The translations under genes and the position numbers were made by a program. The notes under the pieces were generated by a model that did not search any database, was not told where the DNA came from, and saw nothing but the letters and a program-made list of their open reading frames with translations. A stretch of 24,149 nt of DNA from Chloroflexota bacterium (GTDB lineage: Bacteria > Chloroflexota > Ktedonobacteria > Ktedonobacterales > Ktedonobacteraceae). Positions 21,906 through 24,149 of the stretch are shown here, piece after piece. Positions within the stretch are counted from its first letter, which is position 1. Each line of letters opens with the position of its first letter. The stretch lies in the NCBI GenBank assembly GCA_005881295.1, contig VBHS01000291.1, forward strand, positions 1-24,149, in the 5' to 3' direction.

Positions 21906-24149
21906 CTAGTCCGCCGTCATGCCTTTTTCTTTGAGGATACTCCACACCTTCCATGGCGTTATTGGAATGTCAATGTGACGCACACCAAGATGTGCAAGGG
22001 CATCAACAACAGCATTGGCTATCGCTTGCGGAGCGCCGACAGTCGGCGACTCACCGACCCCCTTGGCTCCGATAGGATGATGCGGTGATGGCGTAACTGT
22101 TCTATCCGTTTCCCAGTTTGGAGTCTCCATTGAAGTAGGAATCAGGTAGTCCTGGAAGTTCCCAGTCAGGATATTCCCGTTTTCGTCAAAAGACAACTCT
22201 TCATACAGAGCTGGCGCAAGCCCTTGTGTCAAACCGCCATGGATCTGTCCCTCGACGACCATAGGATTAATAATCGTGCCACAGTCATCCACCGCCATAA
22301 AGCGACGGATATGCACCTGGCCCGTACCTCTATCGATATCTACAACGCAGATGTAGCTCCCAAACGGATAGGTGAGATTGGGAGGATCGTAGTAGTTCAC
22401 TGCCTCCAGGCCTGGCTCCAGAAATGGTGGGCAATTTGTATAGGCGGCAAAGGCCAGTTCCTGTATCGTCTTACCCTTACCAGGTGTCCCCTTGACGAAG
22501 AAGCGCCCTGGTTCCCACTCGAGGTCATCTTCACCGACCTCCAGTAAATAGGCAGCGATCTTCTTTGCTTTATCCCGTACTTTTCGTGCCGCCAGCGCGG
22601 TAGCGGCACCAGCTACTGGCGTGCTCCGGCTGGCATAGGTTCCTAGCCCATAGGGTGCTGTATCGGTATCGCCATGCTCGACATCCACGTCATCAGGTGA
22701 CATGCCCAGTTCCGCCGCTATTATCTGAGCAAAGGTAGTTTCATGTCCCTGCCCTTGCGTCTGTACGCCGATGCGTGCGAGAATCTTGCCCGTTGGATGG
22801 ACGCGTATTTCGCAGCTGTCGAACATCTCGATACCAGCAATATCAAAGTGTTTCCCAGGACCAGCGCCCACAATCTCAGTAAAGCTGGAGATACCAATCC
22901 CCATCAATTCTCCCCGGGCACGTTTTTCGGCCTGTTCTCGACGCAGCCCTTCATAGTCAATGTTCTTCATCGCCAGCTTTAAGGCGCCTTCATAGTTTCC
23001 ACTATCGAATGTCCAATTAAGGGCTGAGCGATAGGGGAAAGCTTCTGGTTTAATGAAGTTTTGCAGGCGTAGTTGCGCCGGGTCTTTCCCAAGATCATGA
23101 GCAAGCATATCCATCATACGCTCGATCAAGTACGAAGCCTCAGTTACGCGAAACGAACATCTATAGGCGATACCACCAGGAGCTTTGTTGGTATGGACCG
23201 CATCCACATCGACAAATGCATGCTTGAAGTCATACGAGCCCGTACAGATGTGGAAGAGCCCGGCAGGGAATTTGGTTGGCTGTGCTGCAGCATCAAACGC
23301 GCCGTGGTCCGCCAGCGTATGGACTTTTAATGCCTTTACATTACCATCTTTGTCGGCGGCTATCTCCGCGTGTATATGGTAGTCACGAGCAAACCCTGTG
23401 CTACCGATATTCTCAGAGCGGTCTTCAATCCACTTGACGGGCTTACCTGTGGTGAGAGATGCCACCACAGCACAAACATAGCCAGGATAGATGGGCACCT
23501 TGTTGCCAAAACCACCACCAATATCAGGAGAGATAATGCGGATACGGTGCTCAGGCAGACCAGCGACAATAGCAAAGAGCGTACGATGTGCGTGCGGGGC
23601 TTGCGAAGTGAGCCACACAGTCAATTTACCGGTCGTTTTATTGTAATCAGCAACGCAGCCACACGTCTCGATAGGAGCCGGATGGATACGCGGAATAAAC
23701 ATATCCTGCTTGACAACGACGCCACTGGCTTCCGCATCGGCGAAATCCGCATCGGTTTCAGTCCTCTCGCCTGTCTCCCAGTGGTAAATCTGGTTTGTGG
23801 GTTGTTTATCTTTCTTATCCGGTCGCAGCAAGGGGGCATCAGGATCAAGAGCCTTTTTTGGATCAACGACCACTGGTAGAGGTTCATATTCGACGTCGAC
23901 TGCTGCCGCACCATCAGCTGCAGCATAACGGCTGGTGGCAACGACGAAAGCAACCTCTTGCATCTGAAAGTGAACGCGATCCAGCGCGAGCACTGCCTCC
24001 GTGTCCCCTGAAAGGGTAGGCATCCAGGCCAGTCCAGCGGCATCCAGATCTTTACCCGTAATCACCGCCACCACGCCGGGTACTTTCATCGCCTCACTAA
24101 TATCGATATTCTTGATGAGCGCGTGAGCATAGGGGCTACGCACAATATC
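21906..24149 (-). CDS. coxL: Aerobic (Mo-Cu) CO dehydrogenase large subunit, form I; 5' end beyond the window
   Basis: Form I active-site loop AYRCSFR (23148-23168), GGGFGNK, QGQGHETT, GTYASRST, GQIHGG, AKGVGE; frame is open to the window edge. Confidence 0.95.
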   Translation of the reverse strand, partial: DIVRSPYAHALIKNIDISEAMKVPGVVAVITGKDLDAAGLAWMPTLSGDTEAVLALDRVHFQMQEVAFVVATSRYAAADGAAAVDVEYEPLPVVVDPKKALDPDAPLLRPDKKDKQPTNQIYHWETGERTETDADFADAEASGVVVKQDMFIPRIHPAPIETCGCVADYNKTTGKLTVWLTSQAPHAHRTLFAIVAGLPEHRIRIISPDIGGGFGNKVPIYPGYVCAVVASLTTGKPVKWIEDRSENIGSTGFARDYHIHAEIAADKDGNVKALKVHTLADHGAFDAAAQPTKFPAGLFHICTGSYDFKHAFVDVDAVHTNKAPGGIAYRCSFRVTEASYLIERMMDMLAHDLGKDPAQLRLQNFIKPEAFPYRSALNWTFDSGNYEGALKLAMKNIDYEGLRREQAEKRARGELMGIGISSFTEIVGAGPGKHFDIAGIEMFDSCEIRVHPTGKILARIGVQTQGQGHETTFAQIIAAELGMSPDDVDVEHGDTDTAPYGLGTYASRSTPVAGAATALAARKVRDKAKKIAAYLLEVGEDDLEWEPGRFFVKGTPGKGKTIQELAFAAYTNCPPFLEPGLEAVNYYDPPNLTYPFGSYICVVDIDRGTGQVHIRRFMAVDDCGTIINPMVVEGQIHGGLTQGLAPALYEELSFDENGNILTGNFQDYLIPTSMETPNWETDRTVTPSPHHPIGAKGVGESPTVGAPQAIANAVVDALAHLGVRHIDIPITPWKVWSILKEKGMTAD

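Noticed and set aside
21906-24149. Form II CoxL or xanthine dehydrogenase
   Set aside because: The active-site loop is AYRCSFR (form I), not AYRGAGR

Overview
Mostly chromosomal window; gene content suggests a Ktedonobacteria-like Chloroflexota genome (inference, not verified). Left to right: a stand-alone PolX N-terminal HhH protein behind a near-consensus sigma70 promoter with an imperfect LexA-type box; gabT; a fold-type-IV aminotransferase; a DUF4342 protein; a parE-parC-like type IIA topoisomerase operon (no GyrA-box; the B subunit has an N-terminal QLTLF beta-clamp-type motif); a divergent XRE-TPR regulator; a cas-less cluster of 36-bp direct repeats ending in a perfect 23-bp hairpin; a start-less zinc-ribbon ORF; a minimal J-domain protein; a YihY protein with an apparent in-frame deletion; an orphan GAF-GAF-PAS-GAF histidine kinase; a complete non-autonomous IS200/IS605 element with omegaRNA and intact IscB (16753-18356, predicted TAM GTGAA); a hypothetical protein; and the 3' end of a form I aerobic CO dehydrogenase cluster (coxL partial, xdhC/coxF-YHS, coxG, SAM methyltransferase). 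No rRNA, tRNA or cas genes seen. All calls come from reading the sequence; no searches were run.
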